Of a stretch of 64,000 bases of DNA, positions 20,271 through 29,462 are shown piece by piece; position 1 is the first letter of the stretch, and each line of letters opens with the position of its first letter. The notes below the pieces were generated by a model, which was given only the letters and a program-made list of their open reading frames with translations, had not been told where the DNA came from and made no database searches. The position numbers and the translations under genes were made by a program. The DNA lies in NCBI GenBank assembly GCA_021513715.1, contig CP084167.1:2592001-2656000 (forward strand), read 5' to 3'. This DNA comes from Candidatus Heimdallarchaeum endolithica. Its GTDB lineage: Archaea; Asgardarchaeota; Heimdallarchaeia; Heimdallarchaeales; Heimdallarchaeaceae.

Positions 20271-21785
20271 ATGGCTAATTTAAGAAAAAAATACACCACG
20301 GCATTAGACAAACAAAGATTGTTAGAAATTGCTGTTATAAGCATTATAATGTTAGTTCTCTTTGTTTTTTCACTTTATATTAAAAATGCGTTTCATTCTT
20401 GGTTTTATGACCAAGAAGGTATTAGTTTTTATTGGTATTATGACCCCTCTAATCCCGAAGCTGTATGGTACATAGAAGGTTATGTCGATGCTTCATATTA
20501 CTATCAACCTTATTTATACGCTTTCAGGTATCAAAATTGGAATCCTTACCTTGGAGGTGAAGGACCATTGAATGGGTATGCTTATGGACCTCTCTTTATT
20601 TATGGACTTTATTTTATTTCCCTTTTTGTGTCTATTATTAATCCATCTCTGTCAAATTTTCAAGTAGTAATTGAATCAGTAAAATGGACACATATTGTTT
20701 TTGATTCATTATCAGTTGTCATGCTTTTTGTAATCATAATTAATTTAGATGTATTAAAGCCAAAGAAATACTCTAAGTACTTTACTGGCGTGATAACTTC
20801 CATTGTTTATATATTCATGCCTTTTAATCTGATGTATATTGATGCTTTAAATTTAAATATTCCTCAAATGACTTTCTTTGTTCTTCTTGGAATGTTTTTA
20901 TTTAGAAAAGAAAAATATGTTTTATCTTCATTTGTTATGACTCTGGGATGGTTATCAAAGCAAATGCCGCTTTTTCTTGTTATTCCTTGGTTTATCATAC
21001 TCTGGAAAAAAAATGAGGATTTGAAAAAAGCAATTGTAGATTTCTTTCTTCCTTTTCTTATTTTTACATTAATGTTTTCCATTCCGTGGTTAATCCTATC
21101 ACCTTTGGGCTATCTTTTTAGGCTATTTGGGCCCGGAAAACCGTTGTCTCTTGTTTCTTTGTCTTCTAAGTATAATGGATATACTGTTAGTTTAGCTCAT
21201 AGTTTTCTAAAATTAGGGAGCGAGACCTTAGCTAACATATATCTGTTTATTAACAAATATATGATACCTTTTTTTATTTTTTATTTACTCACTTTGTTAA
21301 TTAGTTATTTCAATGCTTTAGAGATATTTAATGATGAAAAACAATTTTATATCTATAATACAATTGTTGTTCTTGTTTCTCATATATTTATTTCCAGAGG
21401 AATTTACAAGTATTACGATGCATTTTTTTCTCCATTCTTTATTATTTTTCTTGTTTCACTACTTTGGTATTATTTCGATTATTGTAGATTCAAGCAAAAG
21501 ATCTTATTTTATACATATTTCTTTATATCATTAGTATCATGTTCAATTATTCTTTATTACGTTAATTGGATAATAATTACAAAGTCTAGATTCCTTCATC
21601 CTCTCTATTTATTGTTAATCTTCATTTTTATTTCTAGCTTCTTGGAAAGTGATTTTTACTCGAGTTTAATTAAAATTGAGAATTATAAAATGATATTATG
21701 GGATGTCAAGAAGATTTATTCAGATATAAAAAATGTTTTTCAAAAACGTAAAAAAGACAAAGATCTCAAAAATAATTTGAAATGA
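20271..21785 (+). CDS. GT-C superfamily integral membrane glycosyltransferase (GT87/PIG-M-like)
   Basis: About 11 TM helices, first external loop with 'D..YY...YAYGPL', 'KQMP' motif after a mid-protein helix. Confidence 0.55.
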   Translation: MANLRKKYTTALDKQRLLEIAVISIIMLVLFVFSLYIKNAFHSWFYDQEGISFYWYYDPSNPEAVWYIEGYVDASYYYQPYLYAFRYQNWNPYLGGEGPLNGYAYGPLFIYGLYFISLFVSIINPSLSNFQVVIESVKWTHIVFDSLSVVMLFVIIINLDVLKPKKYSKYFTGVITSIVYIFMPFNLMYIDALNLNIPQMTFFVLLGMFLFRKEKYVLSSFVMTLGWLSKQMPLFLVIPWFIILWKKNEDLKKAIVDFFLPFLIFTLMFSIPWLILSPLGYLFRLFGPGKPLSLVSLSSKYNGYTVSLAHSFLKLGSETLANIYLFINKYMIPFFIFYLLTLLISYFNALEIFNDEKQFYIYNTIVVLVSHIFISRGIYKYYDAFFSPFFIIFLVSLLWYYFDYCRFKQKILFYTYFFISLVSCSIILYYVNWIIITKSRFLHPLYLLLIFIFISSFLESDFYSSLIKIENYKMILWDVKKIYSDIKNVFQKRKKDKDLKNNLK

Positions 21786-21981
21786 AGAAACATATTCCAA
21801 TTAATAGATTAAATGCTGAAATTTTCTTATGTCTTATATTTGTTTTTTTCGTGTCTGCTTTTTACCTTAATGAAAAACATCGACAGAACATAGAAAACCT
21901 TCTTTAATAGTTTTGTTCCACTTCAAAAAGAATTATAAAGTATAAAAATTCATTATTAGTAGTAAATAGTAAGGTATTCAA

Positions 21982-22542
21982 ATGAAGGAAACAAATAATC
22001 GTGCTGTTTCTCCTGTGATAGGAACAATGCTCATGATCAGTTTAGTAGTTGCTGCGAGTGTATTTGTAGCAATTTTTGTTAATAATATTAGCGTTCCTGC
22101 AATAGAAATAGGAGAAGAAACTCCCTCACTTCATTCAGTAAAAATAGATATTGTTTATTTTAATATCACAGATACTAATGCAAATGGATTAAACGATACG
22201 TTTGTAGTAAAATTTAATTTGGGTTTAGATTCTCCAACAATTTATGTACAAGATTTTGATATTTTAATACCAACAGGAGACTTAGTAGACAATACAATTC
22301 CGTGGGTTATTACTGATTCAAATAGTTCGTGGAATACAGATTTTTATGGCTATCCTGTTTTGAATGGTAGTTTGAATGCAACATTCACAGTACAATGCTA
22401 TGATTTATCTACTACTGCAGGAGAAATAGCTCCTGGATATTCATTCTACTACTTAATTAGATATAACTATGTTTCAGTCCAGGGAAATCAATTAACACTC
22501 ATTTCTGATGTTTATCAATCAGAGTTAATAACAACAAACTAA
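21982..22542 (+). CDS. Archaeal type IV pilin-like protein
   Basis: Class III signal peptide 'NNRA/VSPVIGTMLMISLVVAA'; many NxT/S sequons. Confidence 0.85.
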   Translation: MKETNNRAVSPVIGTMLMISLVVAASVFVAIFVNNISVPAIEIGEETPSLHSVKIDIVYFNITDTNANGLNDTFVVKFNLGLDSPTIYVQDFDILIPTGDLVDNTIPWVITDSNSSWNTDFYGYPVLNGSLNATFTVQCYDLSTTAGEIAPGYSFYYLIRYNYVSVQGNQLTLISDVYQSELITTN

Positions 22543-22595
22543 TGTTAAATCTAATCATAATTTCTTCTTTTTTCGTAACATTTTTTTAGATATTT

Positions 22596-23351
22596 GTGCT
22601 AATTACTTTGAACATAATGTCTCTTGAACCAAAGCGCGCTTATAAAATAGTCTTAATTGGAGACCCAGAAGTAGGAAAAACTTCAATAAGAAGAAGATAT
22701 ATGGGAAAAACGTTTAAAGGAGAATATTTGAAAACAATAGGAGCTGATTTTGCAGCACAAAAAGTAGAAATTGAAGATGAAGTTGTTTTACTAACAATAT
22801 GGGATCTAGCAGGGCAGACTATCTTCCATGGAATGCGTTCTTCTTTTTATCAAGGATGTAAATCTGCTTTAGTTGTTTTTGATATTACAAATATTGAAAG
22901 TTTAAATAATGTAGAAAAATGGACTGAAGAAGCAGTAACATATGCAAAAAGTTCGTTACAAGAGATCTATTTAATAGGTAACAAAATAGATCTGAAGAAA
23001 GAGAGGGTAGTTACCAAAGCACAAATAGATGAAAAAGTAAAACAGTTAGAATCTTTGGTTAATTTTCCCATTAGAGTTTATGAAACATCAGCCCTTACAG
23101 GAGAAAACATTCAGTCTTTATTTATGGACCTAAGTAGAAGGTTAATTATAAGTGACAATGTAAAATTTGAAGAAGAAATTGGAACTAAACGCTTGCATGA
23201 TACTAAAAAAGAAAAGAGGAAAGAAGAAATTGGGACTGTTGATTATAAGTCTAAAGAGGACTTGAAAGAGATAATAAGCCATATAGAGCTCCACATTGAA
23301 AAAATAAATGATTTTATCACTTTACTTAAAAAAAGACTAGATAGGATGTAA
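22596..23351 (+). CDS. Rab-like small GTPase (eukaryotic signature protein) with C-terminal helical extension
   Basis: G1 GDPEVGKT, 'TIGADF', G3 WDLAGQ, G4 GNKID, G5 ETSAL; likely start at the internal MSLEPK. Confidence 0.9.
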   Translation: MLITLNIMSLEPKRAYKIVLIGDPEVGKTSIRRRYMGKTFKGEYLKTIGADFAAQKVEIEDEVVLLTIWDLAGQTIFHGMRSSFYQGCKSALVVFDITNIESLNNVEKWTEEAVTYAKSSLQEIYLIGNKIDLKKERVVTKAQIDEKVKQLESLVNFPIRVYETSALTGENIQSLFMDLSRRLIISDNVKFEEEIGTKRLHDTKKEKRKEEIGTVDYKSKEDLKEIISHIELHIEKINDFITLLKKRLDRM

Positions 23352-23431
23352 TCGGTAATCATTTTTTAAGAAATGATACAAACTTTTCTTTTTTTTCACT
23401 TTTAAAAAAAAGAGAGAATTTCACGGATAAG

Positions 23432-24790
23432 TTATTGTTCATCTAGTTTCGTTAATTTGACAAATATTTTTTTGTAAAACTTTTGTACTTTTTGTAAGGA
23501 CTTGAGTTCTACATACTCATTTGCACCGTGAACATTTCCTCCTAGACCTCCAAATTCTATAGCTGGAATATTCTGGGCACTAAACCATCTTGAATCTGTA
23601 GCTCCTCCCATCTCAATTGTTTTTGCAGGTAAGTCAAGATCTTTTACTACTTCGAGAGCTTTTTGAACCAATATCGAGGTTTCTGGAGTATTAACAGGAC
23701 CAATACTACCTTCAGCTTTTATCTCTAATTCAACTTTATGTTCCTTAAAGAAATCTTCAAAATATTTTTGAACTAAATCATGCTTATTACTCATGATTCT
23801 TAAGTCTAATTGTACAAAATAATGTTCTTCTCTCTCAACAAAGTAATTAAAAGTAAGATTTATTCCATAATCACTGTAATCTGATGGAATGTTTACGTTG
23901 TCAAAGTCTTTTACAGAACGAAAGAAAGAGGTTAAATTTTCATCAATCTCAAAAGTTTCTCCGTCTGTAATTTTCTTTACATAGTTAACTGTTATTTCTG
24001 GAGGGATAACGTTATTTTTTACAAAAATACCACTAATCGATTGAACAAAGTCGTCCTTTGAAAGTTTCCTAGATGCTGCAACAGCACAGTGAATGTCTAG
24101 TTTTTTGTTAAAATATGCTGCGTGCATTGTTCTATTTCCAGCGATTTCTGTTGTAAACTTTTCTGAAAATAACTTGCCTTCAATAATTTTCTTCCTCTTT
24201 GGGATCTTTAGGTTTATTACATACGGATTTCTTCTTCTGTTGATTATTTGTAAACCATTAGCATCACCATTAATTACATAATCAGGAGTTAAACCTAGTT
24301 TTTCTAGTTGAGGAAGAAGCTCTCCTGCTCCAAAAGCTCCTCCTGACTCTTCATCTAAATTAAAAGCAAAAATCATTGTGCCTTTTTTCTCTCTTGCAAA
24401 GAAATCAGCCAGACTTAGCATTACAGCAACAGAGCCTTTCATATCTGCACTTCCTCTCGCATATCCTTTTTCGTCTATTATTGTAAAAGCAAAAGGATCA
24501 GTTTTCCAATTAGGGCCAGGAGGAACAACATCACAGTGACCTAAATATAATATTATAGGGGAACCTCTTTTTATATAAGAAATAAGTGACCAATAACCTT
24601 CTTTCTCATACATAACGGATTGATACCCATATTCTGATAGGAGATCCCTAATAAAGAGTAAAATATCCTTGTTAGGTTTAACGTTTTGTACAGGGTTATT
24701 TATTGTGTTAAAAGACACAAGTTTTTCAAGAATGGTTAAATAACTGTTCATAAAAAAAAGAAAAATAGCAAATTTATTAGTTTTCCTCAT
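23432..24790 (-). CDS. M20 family metallopeptidase/deacylase (ArgE/DapE-like)
   Basis: 'GHCDVVP', 'ARGSADMKG', 'DEESGG', 'GGATDSR', 'HGANEYV'. Confidence 0.9.
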   Translation of the reverse strand: MRKTNKFAIFLFFMNSYLTILEKLVSFNTINNPVQNVKPNKDILLFIRDLLSEYGYQSVMYEKEGYWSLISYIKRGSPIILYLGHCDVVPPGPNWKTDPFAFTIIDEKGYARGSADMKGSVAVMLSLADFFAREKKGTMIFAFNLDEESGGAFGAGELLPQLEKLGLTPDYVINGDANGLQIINRRRNPYVINLKIPKRKKIIEGKLFSEKFTTEIAGNRTMHAAYFNKKLDIHCAVAASRKLSKDDFVQSISGIFVKNNVIPPEITVNYVKKITDGETFEIDENLTSFFRSVKDFDNVNIPSDYSDYGINLTFNYFVEREEHYFVQLDLRIMSNKHDLVQKYFEDFFKEHKVELEIKAEGSIGPVNTPETSILVQKALEVVKDLDLPAKTIEMGGATDSRWFSAQNIPAIEFGGLGGNVHGANEYVELKSLQKVQKFYKKIFVKLTKLDEQ

Positions 24791-24967
24791 AAAGAGGTGT
24801 TTTAAATTTTTAAAATAGTGATTCTTTTTTCTAAAGAATTAAGTATAAAATTTGATAATATTTATTATGTATAAGTAAAAAATGAACTAGGCAATCTTTC
24901 GCACTGTTCAGCACAATATTTTTATACTACTTTTTTTATGAATGATTTGCATACTACACGTGTGTAG

Positions 24968-26104
24968 GTGTTAAAAAAAATGAATAAAAAAGGAATCTTT
25001 TTAATGGCTTTGTTCTTACTTTCATTCCTTAGTGTAATGCCAACTAAGGCCGTAGTGGAAGATAAGGACACTGTTACCATTACATTGGGAACAGATGTCG
25101 CTGGTTATGTTGACAAAGGTGAACTTTATGTTGAAATTGACCGCGACGTTCTTCCTGACGGAAAAATCTTCTACACTGGAGATGAAATATGGTTACACTT
25201 CTTCTATGATGTAGCCTATACAAACTTCTTCGGTGCAGCAGGTCCAAATGGAGGTTTCCAATGTGATGCCTGGTTTTATGAAGAACCAGATGAAAACGGA
25301 TTGTATAATGAAACAAGATTCAGTGGTATGCTTAACGGATATCTAGATGACTATGATTTAGGTCTAACAGATTTCGATCCTTATGAAGGTAATACAACAC
25401 AAGAAATTACTATTACCCTAGAAGAAGGATGGCACACCTTTACTATTGTAGCAGCTGAATATATTTCAGACAATACCCATACCGAATTCCACTGGGACTG
25501 GGTTAAAGATGAAGTAAGCTTTTATGTTAGCGCTGATAGTGCCTTAACAGAAGCTCCTGCTGTTGAAACATCCGGAAAGAAAGTTAAATTCGAATCTATT
25601 GCTCAAAACTCTGAAGATATGAAAAACGGATTCGAATGGACAAGTATGTGGGATGTTCGTCCAGTAGCTGAACCAGAAGCATATTCTGACCTAGAAATAT
25701 CAACAAAGAAATTAGTAACAAAAATAACTGCTTATTATAACACAACATGGCAAAAATTGAACCTAACAGACTATGTTTGGGATACAGGTTTCGTTGACAT
25801 GTACTCAATGGGTTATGGTGATGTTGCATGGTTTAATGCTGCTATAAACAACAGTTTAGTTCAAGCTACAAAAGGAACTGTACCTTTGAACCTTGGAGTA
25901 AACTACGTTGTGTTTGCAGTAGTAGGATTTCATGCATATGACTATGCCTATTACTATGGAATACCCTTCCCAACAGTACAATTCTCAAGCGTAATCTATA
26001 AGATTGACGTAGTACCAGGATTAGGACCCTCATACGGTATCCTTATAAGTGTCTCAATCTTTGGTCTAGTGGCTGCTTTAGGATTAAAGCGCTTTAGAAA
26101 ATAA
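24968..26104 (+). CDS. Secreted acidic surface protein with C-terminal membrane anchor
   Basis: Signal peptide MNKKGIFLMALF...KA; C-terminal 'PGLGPSYG' + TM + KRFRK. Confidence 0.75.
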   Translation: MLKKMNKKGIFLMALFLLSFLSVMPTKAVVEDKDTVTITLGTDVAGYVDKGELYVEIDRDVLPDGKIFYTGDEIWLHFFYDVAYTNFFGAAGPNGGFQCDAWFYEEPDENGLYNETRFSGMLNGYLDDYDLGLTDFDPYEGNTTQEITITLEEGWHTFTIVAAEYISDNTHTEFHWDWVKDEVSFYVSADSALTEAPAVETSGKKVKFESIAQNSEDMKNGFEWTSMWDVRPVAEPEAYSDLEISTKKLVTKITAYYNTTWQKLNLTDYVWDTGFVDMYSMGYGDVAWFNAAINNSLVQATKGTVPLNLGVNYVVFAVVGFHAYDYAYYYGIPFPTVQFSSVIYKIDVVPGLGPSYGILISVSIFGLVAALGLKRFRK

Positions 26105-26119
26105 TAAAGGTGAAAAAAA

Positions 26120-28069
26120 ATGAACAAGAAACTATTTATTGCCCTATTTGTGGTCTCTACAATGTTGGTGTCTAGTGTATATTCTGCTTCAACAAGTAAG
26201 GCTGCAGTAGAACCAATAGCCACTTTAACCTATAAAACAAACGGTGGAGGCTTCCGTCCTGATTATGGTCTTTACATTGCTCAATATCTAAGTGAATTAG
26301 GTATTAAAGTAAATGTAAAGGTTGAGGAATGGATAGTCTTTGTAGGCACTCTTACTGTTACTTTCGACTTTGACCTTTCCTTTGTAGGTTTAACTGGTGG
26401 TGGTGCAGACCCAGATCTAACTGGTGTGTATAATGAAAACGGTTCTCTAAACATGTTTGGAATAAACACCAAAATGCCTTATGGAGCAGAAAATGAACAA
26501 ATGATGAAGGAAGGAGTCCTCATCATGGATCTAGAAGAAAGACAACAACACTATTATGAATGGCAACAATTAATCATGGATAAAATCTTGCCAATGTTAC
26601 CATTCTTCAGTCCTCGTTCATATGTTGCTAATTGGGCTACATTAGATGGATATGACAATCGTTGGGGTATTGTTGATTCTTTACCTTATATGGAATTCAC
26701 ATCCTTACACGAAGGTCAAACCTCAACTGCAGAATTCTATGATTCTGACGCTAAATGGAAAGAATTAAACCCATTGTTACAAGATGATGCATCCAGTTCT
26801 TATATCTCATCTTTAGTCATGGAACCATTAATGCAAATGACTCCTGACTTTGAACCAATTAAAACTGGATTAGTTAAAGATTGGCAACAAGATGAAACAA
26901 ATGAGTTACTCTACAAATTCACTCTCCGTGATGATGTATATTGGAATCCATCCTTTAACATCACTGGAAGAGACAGTAGTTCTGACCCACTAGTTGATGA
27001 TGATGGAAACATCGTAGATCCCAGTATCTTAATGTCTGGTGACAAAGGAGAATTTAGTGATGGAACTAACCAACAAGTAACTGCTAAAGATGCAGTATTC
27101 ACTTTGCTTGCTTGGGCTAACCCAATCACCAGTGAAGATGCTGATGTATACAACTGGATTCATGACATATGGGTTGATCCTTCAGATCCTTTATCCTTCT
27201 GGATAGAAATCGATGGTGACCCTGATACTGAAGAAGCAGAAAATTATGCTCCCTTCTGGTCAGCAATGACTCCAAGAGTATTACCTGAATTCTTCTTGAA
27301 TACAACTAACGTAACCGTTACATACTCCAGTGGTGGAGTACCAATGCTTGGTATTGGTGAAGGTATTCTTGATACTCCTCAATGGAAGACTTACAGTACT
27401 TCTGCATTTGGTTGTGGTAAGTACATGTTAGATTACTACGTTGAGAACTCAATTACAGTCTTACAAGCCTCACCATTCTGGTTTGGTGTAGGAGCCATTG
27501 ATGGAACAGAACAGGATCTAGATATCAAAACCTTTAACATTCGTGTTATTCCTGATATTACTTCTGCATTAGCAGAGTTCAAAGCAGGAAAACTCGATAT
27601 CATGGGTATGACTTCCTTCCCAGATGAAAGAAAGGCCATGGAAACTGATCCTAAATTTGATGTTCAATCAGCTCTACAAAGCTATGTTAACTTCATGGGA
27701 TTCAACCTCAGAAGACCATTCATCGGTGGAGATGACAACTATGTCTTCTTAACTGAATCTGGTTATGAGGAATATACCAAGGCTCTTGCTGTCAGAAAAG
27801 CTATTGCATACGCAATTGATAGAGAAGAAATCAACAAAGTTCTTCATGATGGTGAATACTTGATCTCTCACAGCGTTATTTATCCAGTACAAGCATTCTG
27901 GTATTATAACGACGTTATCAAGTACAACCACGATCTTGATACAGCTATTGCATGGCTTAAGAGAGCAGGAGTATACAAGGAAGCTACAACTACTACAACT
28001 CCATTACCAATAATTGGCGTTGTTGCAGCAATCATGTCCTTTGTATTACTCAGAAGGAAGAAAAACTAA
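26120..28069 (+). CDS. ABC peptide/nickel substrate-binding protein (family 5), circularly permuted, C-terminally anchored
   Basis: 'YKFTLRDDVYW', 'VTAKDAVFT', 'GCGKYML', 'VRKAIAYAIDREEI'; the usual C-terminal block lies at the N-terminus; TTTTT linker + TM + RRKKN. Confidence 0.85.
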   Translation: MNKKLFIALFVVSTMLVSSVYSASTSKAAVEPIATLTYKTNGGGFRPDYGLYIAQYLSELGIKVNVKVEEWIVFVGTLTVTFDFDLSFVGLTGGGADPDLTGVYNENGSLNMFGINTKMPYGAENEQMMKEGVLIMDLEERQQHYYEWQQLIMDKILPMLPFFSPRSYVANWATLDGYDNRWGIVDSLPYMEFTSLHEGQTSTAEFYDSDAKWKELNPLLQDDASSSYISSLVMEPLMQMTPDFEPIKTGLVKDWQQDETNELLYKFTLRDDVYWNPSFNITGRDSSSDPLVDDDGNIVDPSILMSGDKGEFSDGTNQQVTAKDAVFTLLAWANPITSEDADVYNWIHDIWVDPSDPLSFWIEIDGDPDTEEAENYAPFWSAMTPRVLPEFFLNTTNVTVTYSSGGVPMLGIGEGILDTPQWKTYSTSAFGCGKYMLDYYVENSITVLQASPFWFGVGAIDGTEQDLDIKTFNIRVIPDITSALAEFKAGKLDIMGMTSFPDERKAMETDPKFDVQSALQSYVNFMGFNLRRPFIGGDDNYVFLTESGYEEYTKALAVRKAIAYAIDREEINKVLHDGEYLISHSVIYPVQAFWYYNDVIKYNHDLDTAIAWLKRAGVYKEATTTTTPLPIIGVVAAIMSFVLLRRKKN

Positions 28070-28182
28070 AATTTCAAACATTTTCTTTTTTTCTTTTTTA
28101 AATTCAGTTTAATTTTGAGGATTGTTAAAATTTTTAACCGTTGTTGTTTATTGTTTTGTAAAACAGGTCAAGTGTTAATATT

Positions 28183-28611
28183 ATGCGATGTCCTTATTGT
28201 GGTTATCATAAAGTAGTAAAAAAGACTAATAAAAGACTAATTTATGAATGTACTAGGTGCAAATACCAATTTGAAGTTAGTTTTTCTAAGATAATGTTCG
28301 AGAAAATTTTTATTATACCTTTTTCTTCAGTAATTGTTTTTTTAGTCATACAAGGGATTTGCTTTTCTTTATCGTTTATTTCAAACAATATTTTATCTAA
28401 GTCTTTTTGGAACAGTTTTAGCGCTTTTAATGCTCTTTTTCTTATTATTCAAATTTTTTTATACTTCATTTATATAGAGCCTAAACAAATTTTCTTGATA
28501 AAAGATAAAGTGAATATTTTTCGTAAGATCGTTTATCTGTCTTCTTACTTAAAAATCTCAATGTTAATTGCAATAACGATAATTATTGTTCAAATTGTAG
28601 TTAATAGATAA
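28183..28611 (+). CDS. Zn-ribbon plus transmembrane hypothetical protein
   Basis: CPYC...CTRC followed by three hydrophobic helices. Confidence 0.55.
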   Translation: MRCPYCGYHKVVKKTNKRLIYECTRCKYQFEVSFSKIMFEKIFIIPFSSVIVFLVIQGICFSLSFISNNILSKSFWNSFSAFNALFLIIQIFLYFIYIEPKQIFLIKDKVNIFRKIVYLSSYLKISMLIAITIIIVQIVVNR

Positions 28612-28691
28612 GAAATTAACAATCTATTTTTTCTATGTTTGGATTAAATAAAAGGGTTTAAAGGGCTTCAAAAGTTAAATAGAGAGATGAT

Positions 28692-29462
28692 TTATTCTTG
28701 CATGCTAATTTTAATTACCTTAGAACACCAATTTATAACACTTTTTGCAATTATAAATTTCTTAAATTTTCTAGTTCTCTTCTCTTTTGTGATGGTTTTT
28801 ACTTTTGAGTATTTTCCAATTTCTTTCCCAAAGTCATATCCGAAAAGTATAACTTCTTTTATACTATAATTGGCAGAGAAACAAACAGCTCTGTCTCCAT
28901 CTGTAAAGCCTAAAAAGTTCCTAAAGCCTCCTAATTCTTCTGATTGCGTTGAAAATAGAAAATGTCCGGTTTTCGTAATTTTAGGTAAATATCTCTTCGC
29001 TTGATCAACATTGTCACCATGGATATGAACAATCAAAATAGAACCGCTTTTTTGTGCTTTTATCTGATCTTCTACACAACCATCTAAATCAGAAATAATA
29101 ATTCCAGGATTTAATCCATTCTCTAATAAAAAAGATGTAGCTCCATCAACAGCAATAAGGACGGCATTTGTATTATCTATTAACATTTTTCTAACCTTTT
29201 TTGCTACTTCCTTTGACAAACTATTTCCTGGAGCTACAATTATTGCTATTTTTCCTTTTAATTGATTTATTAACTCCTTTTCTTTATTTCTTGAATTTAT
29301 TTTGAACAAACTATTTATCTCTTTTACAGCATTTAAATCACTTTTTGGAGAGATACTAAGGAAATCACATATTGCAGGATACCAATATTTTAGCCAAGTA
29401 GTAAGTGAAAAATCCAATTTTTCAAGTTCAAGGAATAGTTTGTCTTCAGTTTTAAAAATCAT
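28692..29462 (-). CDS. mptE: 6-hydroxymethyl-7,8-dihydropterin pyrophosphokinase (MptE/DUF115)
   Basis: 'IAVDGAT', 'IISDLDG', 'VHIHGDN', 'GFTDGDRA', 'GYDFG...GKYSK'. Confidence 0.85.
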   Translation of the reverse strand: MIFKTEDKLFLELEKLDFSLTTWLKYWYPAICDFLSISPKSDLNAVKEINSLFKINSRNKEKELINQLKGKIAIIVAPGNSLSKEVAKKVRKMLIDNTNAVLIAVDGATSFLLENGLNPGIIISDLDGCVEDQIKAQKSGSILIVHIHGDNVDQAKRYLPKITKTGHFLFSTQSEELGGFRNFLGFTDGDRAVCFSANYSIKEVILFGYDFGKEIGKYSKVKTITKEKRTRKFKKFIIAKSVINWCSKVIKISMQE

